A stretch of DNA of 63,955 nt, filler included, from Octopus bimaculoides (lineage: Eukaryota): assembly GCF_001194135.2 (NCBI RefSeq). It is 4 parts of 4 records of this genome, joined end to end, with 100 filler letters (N's around TTAATTAATTAA, not from the genome) between each part and the next. Parts side by side here need not be neighbours in the genome. Positions count along the whole stretch, not along the records: positions 1 to 25,918 come from NC_068981.1; 3 more parts are not named here. The stretch is one strand, 5' to 3'. Position numbers and translations under genes: made by a program. Of this stretch, positions 1-12,894 are shown in pieces (positions within the stretch are counted from its first letter, which is position 1; every line of letters starts with the position of its first letter). The notes beneath the pieces are model-generated. The model did not search any database and was not told the DNA's origin. It saw only the letters and a program-made list of their open reading frames with translations.

Positions 1-419
1 ATATATATATACATATATATATATACATGTGTGTGTGCGTGTGTGTATGTATGTATGTATGTATGTATGATGTATGTATGATGTATGTATGTATGTATGT
101 ATGAATTATGTATGCATGTATGTATGTTTGGATATTTATATATTTAGAATGGATCCCGGTTAGAATTTTCTACAACGAATTTTCAGTTGTTTGTTCAACA
201 GAAGAAAAATCTAATAGAATTATCGTGTAAGTTGTTGAGTATTCCAGAGACATACATAACTTTAACAAAACTTTAATGTGGAATCAGTGCAACATAGTGT
301 GACAAGACGGGAATATAGAATTACAGTACAAGCCGTCCGATAAGCTTCTAAATAAAATTCCCATAAATAATTTCATTCGAAGAATAATAATTGACCCGAG
401 GCTAAAGATAATTATATCG

Positions 420-610
420 CCCAAAAGAGCAATATATTTAGGATCTAAGAAAGGCGGTGTCGTTTATGTTAGTGGTGCTTTGAATCCCATAGCCTACAGA
501 ATCAACTAGTACAACTGATAAAGGAAGCACTGGGATCGATTTTATCGACTAAAACAGAAAAAGCGCCCTAGTATAGCCGCAGTCGAATGACTGAAACGAA
601 GAAAGAGATG
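420..610 (+). mobile_element. 3' end of microsatellite-carrying SINE (family C/D), degenerate
   Basis: Ends in gcactgggatcgat...gccgcagtcgaatgactgaaacgaagaaaaga, the same 3' module as 54830-55062 and 60790-60872. Confidence 0.6.
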
Positions 611-1233
611 AAAGAAATGGATATATAATATGTGGAGGAATTTCAACCATGTTTCGTGGTCTGCTACCACTACAGCTCCTTTATAGGATCCAGTTAGCTG
701 AAGACATCATCAGGAGGAACCACGTCCGGTTTCGGCCCCTACTCCTCTACCGTTTTGACGTGGCGGGGCCCCTCCTTTCGGAGGTGTCTTCAGCTCTGGT
801 GTTGGGTGCATGTCTTCTTTCTTCTATTCCCTGGCCTCTTCGATGCAGCATCAACGAGTGTCAGCGTCCGACTGATCGTCGTGTCAAGTTCCCCTTTTTA
901 TATCTGCTGCTAGGCTCCAGCAGGCAGCCCCAGCTAGTTGTCACGTGACACTGTCTAAATTNNNNNNNNNNNNNNNNNNNNNNNNNNNNNNNNNNNNNNN
1001 NNNNNNNNNNNNNNNNNNNNNNNNNNNNNNNNNNNNNNNNNNNNNNNNNNNNNNNNNNNNNNNNNNNNNNNNNNNNNNNNNNNNNNNNNNNNNNNNNNNN
1101 NNNNNCTATGTATGTATGTATGTATGTATGTATGTATGTATCTATCTATCTATCTATGTAACAACGAAACCTCAAGACAACGACGCGAACTTCTTAATTG
1201 TTAAGAATGCTTAACGTATGCACACAAGCTCTT

Positions 1234-1267
<34 letters not shown>

Positions 1268-1345
1268 CCTCTGTCTCTCACACAAACGCGCACGCACACA
1301 CACACATGCGCTCACACGCACACACCTTAACTCGCACGCGCGCAA

Positions 1346-1392
<47 letters not shown>

Positions 1393-2957
1393 GGAATGCA
1401 CACGCACACACACATACACACGTATAAACGCATAACATAATTAGAAGGAAAATTAGGTACAGATAACAGGTAAAGCTAGCAGGATACGAATATTTTCTGT
1501 TTCGTTTTCACATTTCAGTTTCCAATTTATTTCAAATTTTGTGTATTGATGTAGTTTTGTTTTCCTAATTACGGAAAGGAAATTTGCTTAAAATTAATAA
1601 ATAAAAAGCTAATAGCTTTTAAGGTTTGCAAAATTTGGGTAATTTTAGACGATCGAAAGCCACAGACATATAGGTGCCTTTTTCCATACTAACAAGCCAA
1701 GCTGTTGTGTATTCTGCTAACTCATTTGTTTCCACCACGTGTAACCTTTTGTATATGATGGAGAAATTGAAAACCAAGGAGGATGCGGTTGATTGGGCAG
1801 ACCTCTGATCAAAACGAGCATTCTAATGCTGAACGCACGACAGTTTTAGAGTTATCTACGACTACCATAACCTAGTATGTCCTTCCTCCTTTTTGACGTT
1901 GGGATGTTCTTTGAGAGGAGATTTGGCTGCCTTTTCTAGCAGGTCGATCGTTACATGAACTGAACTTCAGTTTATTTGTTTTTTGGTTTCGTAATTTAAC
2001 ATTCAGTTTCAGTTTTTTTCTTTTTCTCCCTGATAATTTTTCGCATTACATACCTATTCCAACATTTCACATGACTTTATTAATTATAACTTATTAAAAC
2101 ATCCGTCGTTGAATGTTTAGTCGTCGTCATGTTGTCATCATACACACAATGCCAGCTTCCAAATTCTGTGTTCTGATTGGGTAAAAATGATCAAAGTAAC
2201 ACTCTGTAACATTCTTCTAAACTTTTTTGTCTGGAACAAGTGAATAACAACATTAGAATCAGCGTGAACAATTACGTCAATATACCAGATTTGAAAATTT
2301 TCAGTTAATTTTTCAAATTTCAAACTGTGAATTCAAACATACGAAATCCCAGGATACAAACAAGATCGCCAAACTTTTTCATCAGCTGTCGAGTGTCAAA
2401 TTAATTTCGACGCATTTATCAACAGAATTACACTCTAGCTTCAGCGTACTCGCGTTTGCTGTCAAAATTAAACGAAGAATCACCTTTTAAAACTAAAAGG
2501 AGTAACATGATGATGTTACGAAAGTTACTAAACAGCGAAGTCTTTGAATGAGAGAAAGCAAAAGTAACAAGTTGTAGACGACTGTGTCAAGTGTAACGCT
2601 ACCAGGAAATACGCGAGTAGCTTGGAGGTTAGCCCTTGAGCCAAGAGGGACAAAGGACGGAGAAATAACTGGTTAGTTGCAGGCCAGAGATAGGTAAAAA
2701 ATAAGAGCGGAAGGCCCTTGAATCATGGAATATGTAGAGTTTGAGGGAAGCTTAGAACCGAATAGAGAAACCGAAGAGTAAGAGTACAGACCTGAATGAA
2801 AAAGAGAGGTGGAGAAAAGAGGAAAGAAATACAGAAAATTTCTTGATATACAACATGCACAAATGATTGGCTTATAGTGATTAAATGGTTTTACTGTACA
2901 TTGTCTCATTCCCTCCATCAGATCGATATTGCCTGTAGAGGTGCACGATGTACCACG

Positions 2958-3024
2958 CGTCAGATGTCGAAGCGATCGCAGAGCAACGTCAGACGTCGAA
3001 GCGATCGCAGAGCAACGTCAGACG
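2958..3024. repeat. 29-bp tandem repeat, 2.3 copies, CpG-rich
   Basis: Unit cgtcagaYgtcgaagcgatcgcagagcaa starts at 2958 and 2987, partial at 3016; no spacers. Confidence 0.9.
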
Positions 3025-3264
3025 AAGTGTTTCGCTCGCGAAGGAAGGACAAAAAAATAAAAGTAACGACGCTGTAACTCAGTTACATATCGTCAACTAA
3101 AGCTTGAAGTTGACTTGTGCTTCATGACTGCAATTTGTTAATAAAACAAACTATCCAGAAGTTCATCCGCTGTATGTGAATATACATGTGTGCGTATCCG
3201 CGTGTGTCTGTGAGTGTGTATGAGTGTATGTGCATCCGTGTGATTGCGTTTATATGGTATATAT

Positions 3265-3299
<35 letters not shown>

Positions 3300-3309
3300 N
3301 NNNNNNNNN

Positions 3310-3348
<39 letters not shown>

Positions 3349-3349
3349 A

Positions 3350-3525
3350 TCTGAGAAAGGTGTTGTAATTTATGTAAGTGTTGCTTTGTATATAGCAAAA
3401 TCTAAAGGATAGACCGATAAAACGGATAAGGGAAGTACTGGGATGGATATCACCTACTAAAAAAGGAAAGGTGCCCTAGTATGACCGCAGTCCAATGATG
3501 AAACGAAGAACAGAGTAGAAGAAAA
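3350..3525 (+). mobile_element. 3' end of SINE family C/D, degenerate
   Basis: gatagaccgataaaacggataagggaagtactggg...ccgcagtccaatgatgaaacgaag follows a (TA)n tract, as in other C/D copies. Confidence 0.55.
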
Positions 3526-3554
3526 AAAGCGATGGATTTATAATACCAAAGTTT

Positions 3555-3590
<36 letters not shown>

Positions 3591-3655
3591 TACTGTATGT
3601 ATGTACGTATGTATGTACGTATGTATGTATGCATGTATGTATGTATGTATGTATT

Positions 3656-3699
<44 letters not shown>

Positions 3700-4148
3700 N
3701 NNNNNNNNNNNNNNNNNNNNNNNNNNNNNNNNNNNNNNNNNNNNNNNNNNNNNNNNNNNNNNNNNNNNNNNNNNNNNNNNNNNNNNNNNNNNNNNNNNNN
3801 NNNNNNNNNNNNNNNNNNNNNNNNNNNNNNNNNNNNNNNNNNNNNNNNNNNNNNNNNNNNNNNNNNNNNNNNNNNNNNNNNNNNNNNNNNNNNNNNNNNN
3901 NNNNNNNNNNNNNNNNNNNNNNNNNNNNNNNNNNNNNNNNNNNNNNNNNNNNNNNNNNNNNNNNNNNNNNNNNNNNNNNNNNNNNNNNNNNNNNNNNNNN
4001 NNNNNNNNNNNNNNNNNNNNNNNNNNNNNNNNNNNNNNNNNNNNNNNNNNNNNNNNNNNNNNNNNNNNNNNNNNNNNNNNGTATGTGTGTGTGCGTGTGT
4101 ATGTGTGTGTGTGTGTATGTGTGTGTGCGTGTGTATGTGTGTGTGCGT

Positions 4149-4187
<39 letters not shown>

Positions 4188-4189
4188 AC

Positions 4190-4488
4190 GTGGAGGCGCG
4201 ATGGCCTAGTGGTTGGGATTGCGAGTGTCTATTGAGCGAAAACACCCAAAGCCCCACGAGGCTCCCTGCTGTACTCTTTCACCACAATTTTCTCTCACTC
4301 TTTCTTCCTGTTTCTGTTGTGCCTGTATTTCAAAAGGCCAGCCTTGCCACACTGTGTCATGCTGAATCTCCCCGAGAACTATGTTAATAGTATACGCGTC
4401 TGTGGAGTGCTCAGCCACTTGCATGTTAATTTCACGAGTTGATCGGATCAACTGGAATCCCCGTCGTCGTAACCGACGGAGTGCCACC
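4190..4488 (+). mobile_element. tRNA-derived SINE family A, internally deleted copy
   Basis: Head gtggaggcgcgatggcctagtgg; body and 3' end gatcaactggaatccccgtcgtcgtaaccgacggagtgcc align by eye to 12000-12395. Confidence 0.85.
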
Positions 4489-4521
4489 ATTATATATAAC
4501 ATACATATATACACACAAACG

Positions 4522-4577
<56 letters not shown>

Positions 4578-5116
4578 ATATACATATATATATATAGATA
4601 GGTGCATGCAAACATACATACATGCATACATACATACGTACGTACGCGCATGCATACATATATTATACATAAAAATTAGAAGAAAAAACAATAAAAAACA
4701 CACATATATAGTTATATATAGCACGTGATCAATGTTGTGCTCCACTGTCTTTAGTGCTAAGTGGATGTGTAACAATAACCCTCAGGGTGGAACGCTAATC
4801 TATCACTGAAAGTAACCTCAGAAGTTTTGCAACCAAATATCTAACCAGCTAATGCGAATCAAGTGTCTTCCCCAGCGAGATAATTCAAAGCCAATAAAGA
4901 AACACGAGATCATCATCCATTTGCCGGTAGTTTGATACCTGATGGCCACACCCTAGTGCCCACAAAGATGTACGCGTATAGATATATTGACACACACATA
5001 CACACATACACGAACATATTTACAAACATGAACATACGCACAAACACATACATAATAAACATGTATAAGTACATGTGTATAGATCTGTGTGTGCATAGCT
5101 CTTCTATCTATCTATC

Positions 5117-5182
<66 letters not shown>

Positions 5183-5512
5183 CCGGTCTGTTTGTCTTTC
5201 TGTCTCTTTGTATGTCTGTCTGTCTATCTATCAATCCATCTATCTATTTGTCTGTCTGCATAAATGTTTACACATACACACAGATATGTATATATGTTGA
5301 GGGTTGAGGTATGGGTATTGTCTTGTAATTAAGATGCTCTTTCGTAACCACCTGTTTCTAGGTTCGATCCCACTGCACTGTATCTCTTCCACTATAGCCT
5401 ACAGTTAATGAAATCTTTGTGCGTGGTTTTGAGAAACGAAACTTCATCAGTAGCATATCATGTTTTTATGTATGCATATGTATGTGTGTGTTAATATATG
5501 CATGTTTGTTAA

Positions 5513-5559
<47 letters not shown>

Positions 5560-5614
5560 ATATATGCATGTTTGTTAATGCGTGTGTGTGTGCGTATCTA
5601 AGTGTTCGTATCTA

Positions 5615-6367
5615 TTTTATTGATTTTTGTGTATTTTCAGATCAGCAAAATGAAATGTCAAATGGACAAAACAGCATTCTCGACACCATCTGTTTTTTAC
5701 ATTTAATCGAGGTGTTAAACCCGCCGAAGTTGCTCATGAGATTTGTGCTGTGTATGGAGAAGGAGCAATGCCTCAAAGTACCGACCACCGTTGATTTTCG
5801 TGCTTCAAAAATGGGGAATTTTACCTCAAGGACGGATCACAACACAATTGTGTTCGATGAAGAGCGATTCAATCAACTTCTTCACGAAAATCCACGTCAG
5901 ACGACCAGGGATTTGTGGAGCAGATGGAGTGATAAAAATAACTGTGGTGAACCACCTTCACTCAATGGGCAAAGTTCATCGAACGCAATTAGTCGACTGG
6001 TGTGTAATCCGTCTTTGAGGTCAAAATTCCCATTTTTGAAGCGCGAAAAACAACAGCGGACGGTACTTTGAGGCATTGCTCCTTGTCCATACACAGCACA
6101 AATCTCACGAGCAGCTTCGGCGGGCATAACACCTCGATTAAATGCAAAAATCAAATGGTGTCGAAAATGCTCAGTTTTGTCCACTTGACATTCCATTTTA
6201 ATGATCTGAAAATACACAAAATTTAAAAAATCAAAACACTATCTTGTATAGCAAAAATTTCTCTTTCAAATAACATAAAACACTTTGTCAATATATTTTA
6301 TTTCTGCGTGCATTTCTAAATTAGCAAAAAAAAAAAAACCGCTCATGAATTATTTCTCAACCCAATG
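5615..6367. mobile_element. Tc1/mariner relic, fold-back of two transposase 5' ends
   Basis: Minus copy reads MECQVDKTEHFRHHLIFAFNRGVMPAEAAREICAVYGQGAMPQSTVRCCFSRFKNG (mariner N-terminal HTH). Plus copy encodes the same segment and continues FDEERFNQLLHENPRQTTR. TIR-like cattgggttgagaaataattc ends at ~6367 next to TA. Inverted arms ~5617-5861 and ~5975-6232. Confidence 0.9.
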
Positions 6368-7010
6368 TATCTAGAGAATCCCCTATGATAAGAAAAGACT
6401 CATTAGAAAATATAAATATTTAAGATGAATAATTTAATCAGCTAAAGTACTGCTTGCTATCGTTTGCATTATTTTCAACAGAAATAACATCGCACGTATC
6501 GGGAAAATTATCATCTCCAGCACAGCTAATCATTAAAGACGACTGGGCCTTTTAGAACAGCAGACACAACCCTAAACTTCAATTTCTTTATAAAAAGAAC
6601 TGGGTTGCTCTTTCATCCATCGGTTCACGGTCGATGAAAGAACATATTCCAAAATTATGTCAAAGAAATGGAGGAGATTCTATAGAAGCAATACTGACGT
6701 GTTTTTTAGGAAAGCCGATGCGGATAACTTGATAGTATTAATGAAATAAATTCCTCTGCATGTCATTCATCCCTAACAACTTTCGGCATCCCGGATTTCG
6801 TAGCAGCAATATATAATTAAACACAACTTAACAGTAGACACCCGATATGTGCCTTGCTAGTCTCTTGAAGACGTACCAACATGAGTTTGCACGCGTTCTA
6901 ACTAATCTGTACAGGAAATCGATAGACACTGGTTATATACACACACGCACACGCACGCACATGCATGCATACATACATACATACTAACATACATACATAC
7001 TAACATACAT

Positions 7011-7397
7011 GTTGTTGTTGTTGGCACTCAGTCGCTTACGACGTCGAGGGTTCCAGTTGATCCGATAAACGGAACAGCCTGCTAATGAAATTAACGTGGA
7101 AGTGGCTGAGCACTCCACAGACACGTGTACCCTTAACGTAGTTCTCGGGGATATTCAGCATGACACAGCGTGACAAGGCTGACCCTTTGAATTACAGGTG
7201 CAACAAAACAGGAAGTAAGAGTGAGAGAAAGTTGTGGTGAAAGAGTACAGCAGGGTTCGCCACCATCCCCTGCCGGAGCCTCGTGGAGCTTTAGGTGTTT
7301 TCGTTCAATAAACACTCACAACGCCCGGTCTGGGAATCGAAACCGTGATCCTATGACCACGAGTCCGCTGCCCTAACCACTGGGCCATTGCGCCTCA
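7011..7397 (-). mobile_element. tRNA-derived SINE family A, full length, (CAA)n tail
   Basis: Reverse complement of 12000-12395 over the whole length; A box tggcccagtgg and B box ggtttcgattcc; gttgttgttg tail at 7011-7022. Confidence 0.95.
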
Positions 7398-7519
7398 TCA
7401 CATACATACATACATACATACACGAACATATTTTTAACCCAGTGCCATTCCAGCTTTCAGGCCAGGAATTAAGTCACTTGTAATAGTTTAACGTCTAATC
7501 TCATTTACCTCTTATATCA

Positions 7520-7885
7520 TTGTATAATTCGAGCGAGCAGGAAATCGAGAGATTTCTGGTAAGCAACAGTCTTCTAAATCCCAAACAGCATGACTTCCGC
7601 CTTGACATAGACTACTTAACGCAGTTTCTGTACCATTTTGATTGCATTTTAAATGTTTTGGGAGAGAAATCCAACATAGATGTCATATACCTTGACTTCA
7701 GTAAAGCTTTCAACAAAATCGAGTATAGTTCGTGGAAAGTTACTGCTGTGAATTAATTAGTTTATGAATTGCAAGACTCAGCACGCTGTAATTGATGAAT
7801 CCAAATTAAATCCGGTAAATGTCAATAGTGGTACCCCCACTACACCAGGGTACTGCATTAGGTCCACTTTTCTCTTTTATTTATG
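7520..7885 (+). mobile_element. CR1/L2-clade LINE reverse transcriptase fragment (pseudogenised)
   Basis: LLNPKQHDFR...LTQFLYHFD...DVIYLDFSKAFNKI, then degenerate QGTALGPLF; these match CR1 RT motifs QHGFR, YLDFxKAFD and PQGxVLGP. Confidence 0.85.
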
Positions 7886-7964
7886 TAGTTTATATAAATG
7901 GTACCACAAATGATAGTGAAAACAGTAAAGTAAAATAAAAAAAATATGCAGGCATAGCGAAGCG

Positions 7965-8135
7965 TCGGCATGGTTGTGGGGTTAAGAAACTCGCTTTGCA
8001 GCTACGTGGTTTCGTGTTCAGTCCTCCTACGCGGCACCTTGGCCAAGTATTTTCTACTATAGCCCCGTGCCGACCAATGCCTGTGAGAGAATTTGTTAGG
8101 CAGAAATTGTCTAGAACCTTATCGTGTGTGTGTGT
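7965..8135 (+). mobile_element. SINE family C head (tRNA-like)
   Basis: ggcatggttgtggggttaagaaactcgct...ggcaccttggccaagtattttctactatagccccgtgccgaccaatgcc matches 57985-58145. Confidence 0.8.
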
Positions 8136-8154
8136 TATTTCTTTACTACCCACA

Positions 8155-8306
8155 AGGGGCTACACACAGAGGGGACAAACAAGGACAAACAAACGGATTA
8201 AGTCGATTATATCGACCCCAGTGCGTAACTGGTACTTATTTAATCGACCCCGACAGGATGAAAGGCAAAGTCGACCTCGGCGGAATTTAAACTCAGAACG
8301 TAGCGG
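8155..8306 (-). mobile_element. SINE family B (tail B2), cut by gap
   Basis: Reverse complement of gttctgagtt...gaggtcgactttgcctttcatcc...gtaccagttacgcactggggtcga...tttgtcccctctgtgtgtagccccttgtggg. Confidence 0.9.
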
Positions 8307-8757
8307 NNNNNNNNNNNNNNNNNNNNNNNNNNNNNNNNNNNNNNNNNNNNNNNNNNNNNNNNNNNNNNNNNNNNNNNNNNNNNNNNNNNNNNNNNNNNNN
8401 NNNNNNNNNNNNNNNNNNNNNNNNNNNNNNNNNNNNNNNNNNNNNNNNNNNNNNNNNNNNNNNNNNNNNNNNNNNNNNNNNNNNNNNNNNNNNNNNNNNN
8501 NNNNNNNNNNNNNNNNNNNNNNNNNNNNNNNNNNNNNNNNNNNNNNNNNNNNNNNNNNNNNNNNNNNNNNNNNNNNNNNNNNNNNNNNNNNNNNNNNNNN
8601 NNNNNNNNNNNNNNNNNNNNNNNNNNNNNNNNNNNNNNNNNNNNNNNNNNNNNNNNNNNNNNNNNNNNNNGAAAATGTTCAGCTCATACATTTCCGAAAA
8701 GGGGCCGCAAATAAACAACCGTGTACATGTGTACAGACAAAGGGCACACACAAAAAT

Positions 8758-8998
8758 TGACTGCGGCTATTCTGGAGCACCACCTTCAAAGGTTTAAACC
8801 GAGCAAATCGACCCCCAGGACTTACTCTTTCTAAGCCTAGTACTTATTCTATCAATCTCTTTTGCCGAACCGCTAGGTTATGGGGACATTAACACACCAG
8901 CATCGTTTGTCAAACGATGGCGAGGTGGGGGGACAAACACAGACATACGCACATAAATACTTGCTTATACATATATATATTATGTGTATGTATTTATG

Positions 8999-9047
<49 letters not shown>

Positions 9048-9083
9048 GACGGGCATCTTTCAGTTTCCGTCTACCAAATCCAC
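8758..9083 (-). mobile_element. SINE family C/D with internal microsatellite (5'-truncated)
   Basis: D module 8758-8945, (TA)n/(CATA)n tract 8945-9045, then C-module end tacgacgggcatctttcagtttccgtctaccaaatccac. Confidence 0.8.
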
Positions 9084-9518
9084 GACATATCAAGAACAGG
9101 AGATATATATAGGTGAGGCTTCATTCTTCAAACTAACTGTAAGAACTTGCCTGGAGGCGATACTAACAAGCATATAATTGTCGCCAACATTTTGAAATGG
9201 AAAGGGAAACGCAGCGACTGGAATTGAACCATATATTTCTCAAATACATTAAAATTAGTTACACTTGTATGTTTGCCATACTAGGACTTCAACGTCTGTA
9301 CTTTTATGAGAAGCTAGCTCATCTAATATCTTTATTACTTGTCTGGCGACTAGGAGATGCTTGGTTTCAATTCTTGTCTCTATGATTAATCATTCGATCA
9401 GAATTTCTTTCTAATTTTAGCACAAGGCTTGAAATTTGGATGGGCGGGAAAGTTGATTGCATTTACACAACTGTCTGACTGGTACTTTATTTTAACAACA
9501 CCGAAAGGTTGTTGAAAG

Positions 9519-9806
9519 CACTCCATAGACACGTGTATCCTTAACGTAGTTCTCGGGGATATTTAGCGTGACACAGTGTGACAAGGCTGACCCTTTGAAT
9601 TACAGGCACAACAGAAACAGGAAGTAACAGTGAGAGAAAGTTGTGGCGAAAGAATACAGCAGGGTTTGCCACCCCCATGCCGGAGCCTCGTGGAGCTTTA
9701 GGTGTTTTCGCTCAATAAACACTCACAACGCCCGGTCTGGGAATCGAAACCGCGATCCTATGACCGCGTGTCCGTTGCCCTAACCACTGGGCCATTGCGC
9801 CTCCAC
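9519..9806 (-). mobile_element. SINE family A, 3'-truncated
   Basis: Near-identical to 7110-7397; follows a family B fragment at ~9410-9510. Confidence 0.9.
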
Positions 9807-10471
9807 ATTTTCTATGTAACAGTCTCAGTATTGTAGATAATCTTTCATGCTCAATACACACATATACACACAACACATACACAAACATTACATAGGCACA
9901 CACACGAATATACGCATGTGCACATAAAGAATCATTCGCGTAGACACCCATACAAACATACACAAACACAAAAACACGTACAAAAAGCGTACACATACAC
10001 GCACGCACGCCCCCCATTCATATCTATCTATTTATCTGTCTGTCTATATATATATATATAAACACATATAAGAGGGATGTCCACTTAGTGGTCATCCCTC
10101 TCAAATGTATATAATATAATTTTTCTGAATCTTCAGATTTTTCAATATGCTAGGCCGCTGGTTTTAAATTGATATTAATTAAATTAATACTCAATTTTTC
10201 ACCCTTATTATNNNNNNNNNNNNNNNNNNNNNNNNNNNNNNNNNNNNNNNNNNNNNNNNNNNNNNNNNNNNNNNNNNNNNNNNNNNNNNNNNNNNNNNNN
10301 NNNNNNNNNNNNNNNNNNNNNNNNNNNNNNNNNNNNNNNNNNNNNNNNNNNNNNNNNNNNNCTTTAATTTGGAGGTTTCCAAGAAAAGATTTCTGATATT
10401 GATTCTGCATATTTTGCTGGTAGTTTACAGGCGTAAATTTGCGAATATGAAAATAAAACTTGTACATGATA

Positions 10472-11036
<565 letters not shown>

Positions 11037-11999
11037 AGTAGAGAGAGAGACACACACACAAAGTATACGCGTATACACACACAAGCATCTGTATATAGTC
11101 AAAAACACTCACAAACACATGTGTATACACACACGTACATACAAACCTGCACGTATGCACATGCACAAGTATGTATGCAAGCATACGCATACACATACCA
11201 CACACGCACACACACGCACACAGACACACACACATGCATACACAAACATAAACACACACACAAACACACATAAAACCTAACATGTACGCCGTGATTAGAG
11301 TGACATTTTCCATTTGATACATGTTTCATAGTTGTTTGTTTTGTGTAGGTATTTTTAAGTATGATTCTGTGAACGCGTGCATGTATGTGATATAGTTATA
11401 GGCCTATATATGCGTCTATAGTGAATGCTTCGCTGCAACTAGTGTAACTCTGCACTGAAGTATTATATAACCTTACTGACCTTTTACTGTGTGTTTTACA
11501 CCAACAGTAAAGACACGCAGACATCCAATATGGCATGGCAATATGGCGGCTTCGTTGGCGTACAACTGCTAGCTCATAATTCATTCGTGAGATGCAGATG
11601 CACCACCTTCAATTATTCTGACTTATGTAATTCTCCTTGTTCTTTCTTCTTCTATCGCTTTTTCTCTCTTTGTTTCTCTCTTTCCTTCCCTCTCTCACTC
11701 TCCCTCTCTCACTCTCTCATTGACACATGAACGTAAGCATATATGGCATTTCAAATGTAGGTCGCATTACATGCTGAGCTTTATGAACGTTTTACGTATT
11801 TTGATAGTACCTTTGATAGCTTGCAGCCGTAGTTTTCTCATTAGATGTATTCCTTCTGGTTTTGTGAATTCCGGCTTCTCAAGATTGGTACTAAGAATGG
11901 GTAGGTATTTACAGTCATAATCCATCCGGATTATAACTTTATGTTTCCTATCACTTCAGCACAGAGATTTTCTTTTCATTAATATTTAACTTAGTGTTG

Positions 12000-12395
12000 G
12001 TGGAGGCGCAATGGCCCAGTGGTTAGGGCAGCGGACTCGCGGTCATAGGATCGCGGTTTCGATTCCTAGACCGAGCGTTGTGAGTGTTTATTGAGCGAAA
12101 GCACCTAAAGTTCCACGAGGCTCCGGCAGGGAATGGTGGCGAACCCTGCTGTACTCTTCCACCACAACCTTCTCTCACTCTTACTTCTTGTTTCTGTTGT
12201 GCCTGTAATTCAAAGGGTCAGCCTTGTCACACTGTGTCACGCTGAATATCCCCGAGAACTACGTTAAGGGTACACGTGTCTGTGGAGTGCTCAGCCACTT
12301 TCACGTTAATTTCACGAGCAGGCTGTTCCGTTGATCGGATCAACTGGAACTCTCGACGTCGTAAGCGAAGGAGTGCCAAAAAAAAAAAAAAAAAA
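12000..12395 (+). mobile_element. tRNA-derived SINE family A, full length, poly(A) tail
   Basis: tRNA-like head with A box TGGCCCAGTGG and B box GGTTTCGATTCC; conserved body shared with 4 other copies; A18 tail at 12378-12395. Confidence 0.95.
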
Positions 12396-12894
12396 CTTGA
12401 CATTTGCGAGGCATCTAATTTCAAGTGCTGAGTATAGGTTCTTTTCTCTGTCCCAGTTCGTTACGTTTAGTCTGTTGTGCTTGCATTTCATTGAAGTCTT
12501 GACAGGGACATCACTGAAGCTTCTTACATTTGTCTCCCCAGGGTTATACTTTCAACGGATTTCATTATGCAATGTTCTAACCTCGGTATCACGTCGCATA
12601 GGTAGGTAATAATGCGAGCACATTTTCTGGTGCCTACTTACGAATGTGTCGTCTTCCCTATTAATACTATGGAGCTTGCAGTGATTGTTGCGCATTCGTG
12701 ATTTGCCTATATCCCTATCTCTTTGTTGCATCAAGTACATCGTGGTCATTTCCTGTTCTTGTATTGCAAAAGCGTAATATTCAGAGCTAATATCCCGGTC
12801 GTCAGTCCCTAATAGACAACTCTGCTCGATTGTCTATGTATGTATGTATGTATGAAGTATGTATGTATGAATGTATGTATGTATGTAAATAGAA

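Noticed and set aside
1198-1440. Dozens of long ORFs such as [38 protein letters not shown], poly-Y/L/S/V, and X-filled ORFs
   Set aside because: They are translations of microsatellites or read-through of N gaps; there is no evidence of coding.
2958-3024. 29-bp repeat as a possible CRISPR array
   Set aside because: The units are contiguous with no spacers, there are only 2.3 copies, no cas genes are present, and the context is eukaryotic.
12001-12070. tRNA-like sequences with A and B boxes (also 4190, 7330-7397, 9740-9806, 40404, 57985 and others)
   Set aside because: They lack a complete cloverleaf acceptor stem and continue into shared SINE bodies, so they are SINE heads and not tRNA genes.
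12420-12830. Expected continuation of the inverted RTE RT domain
   Set aside because: No NYRGISLL, QxGFR or DLxKAFD motifs are visible in any frame, so it was not included in the LINE call.
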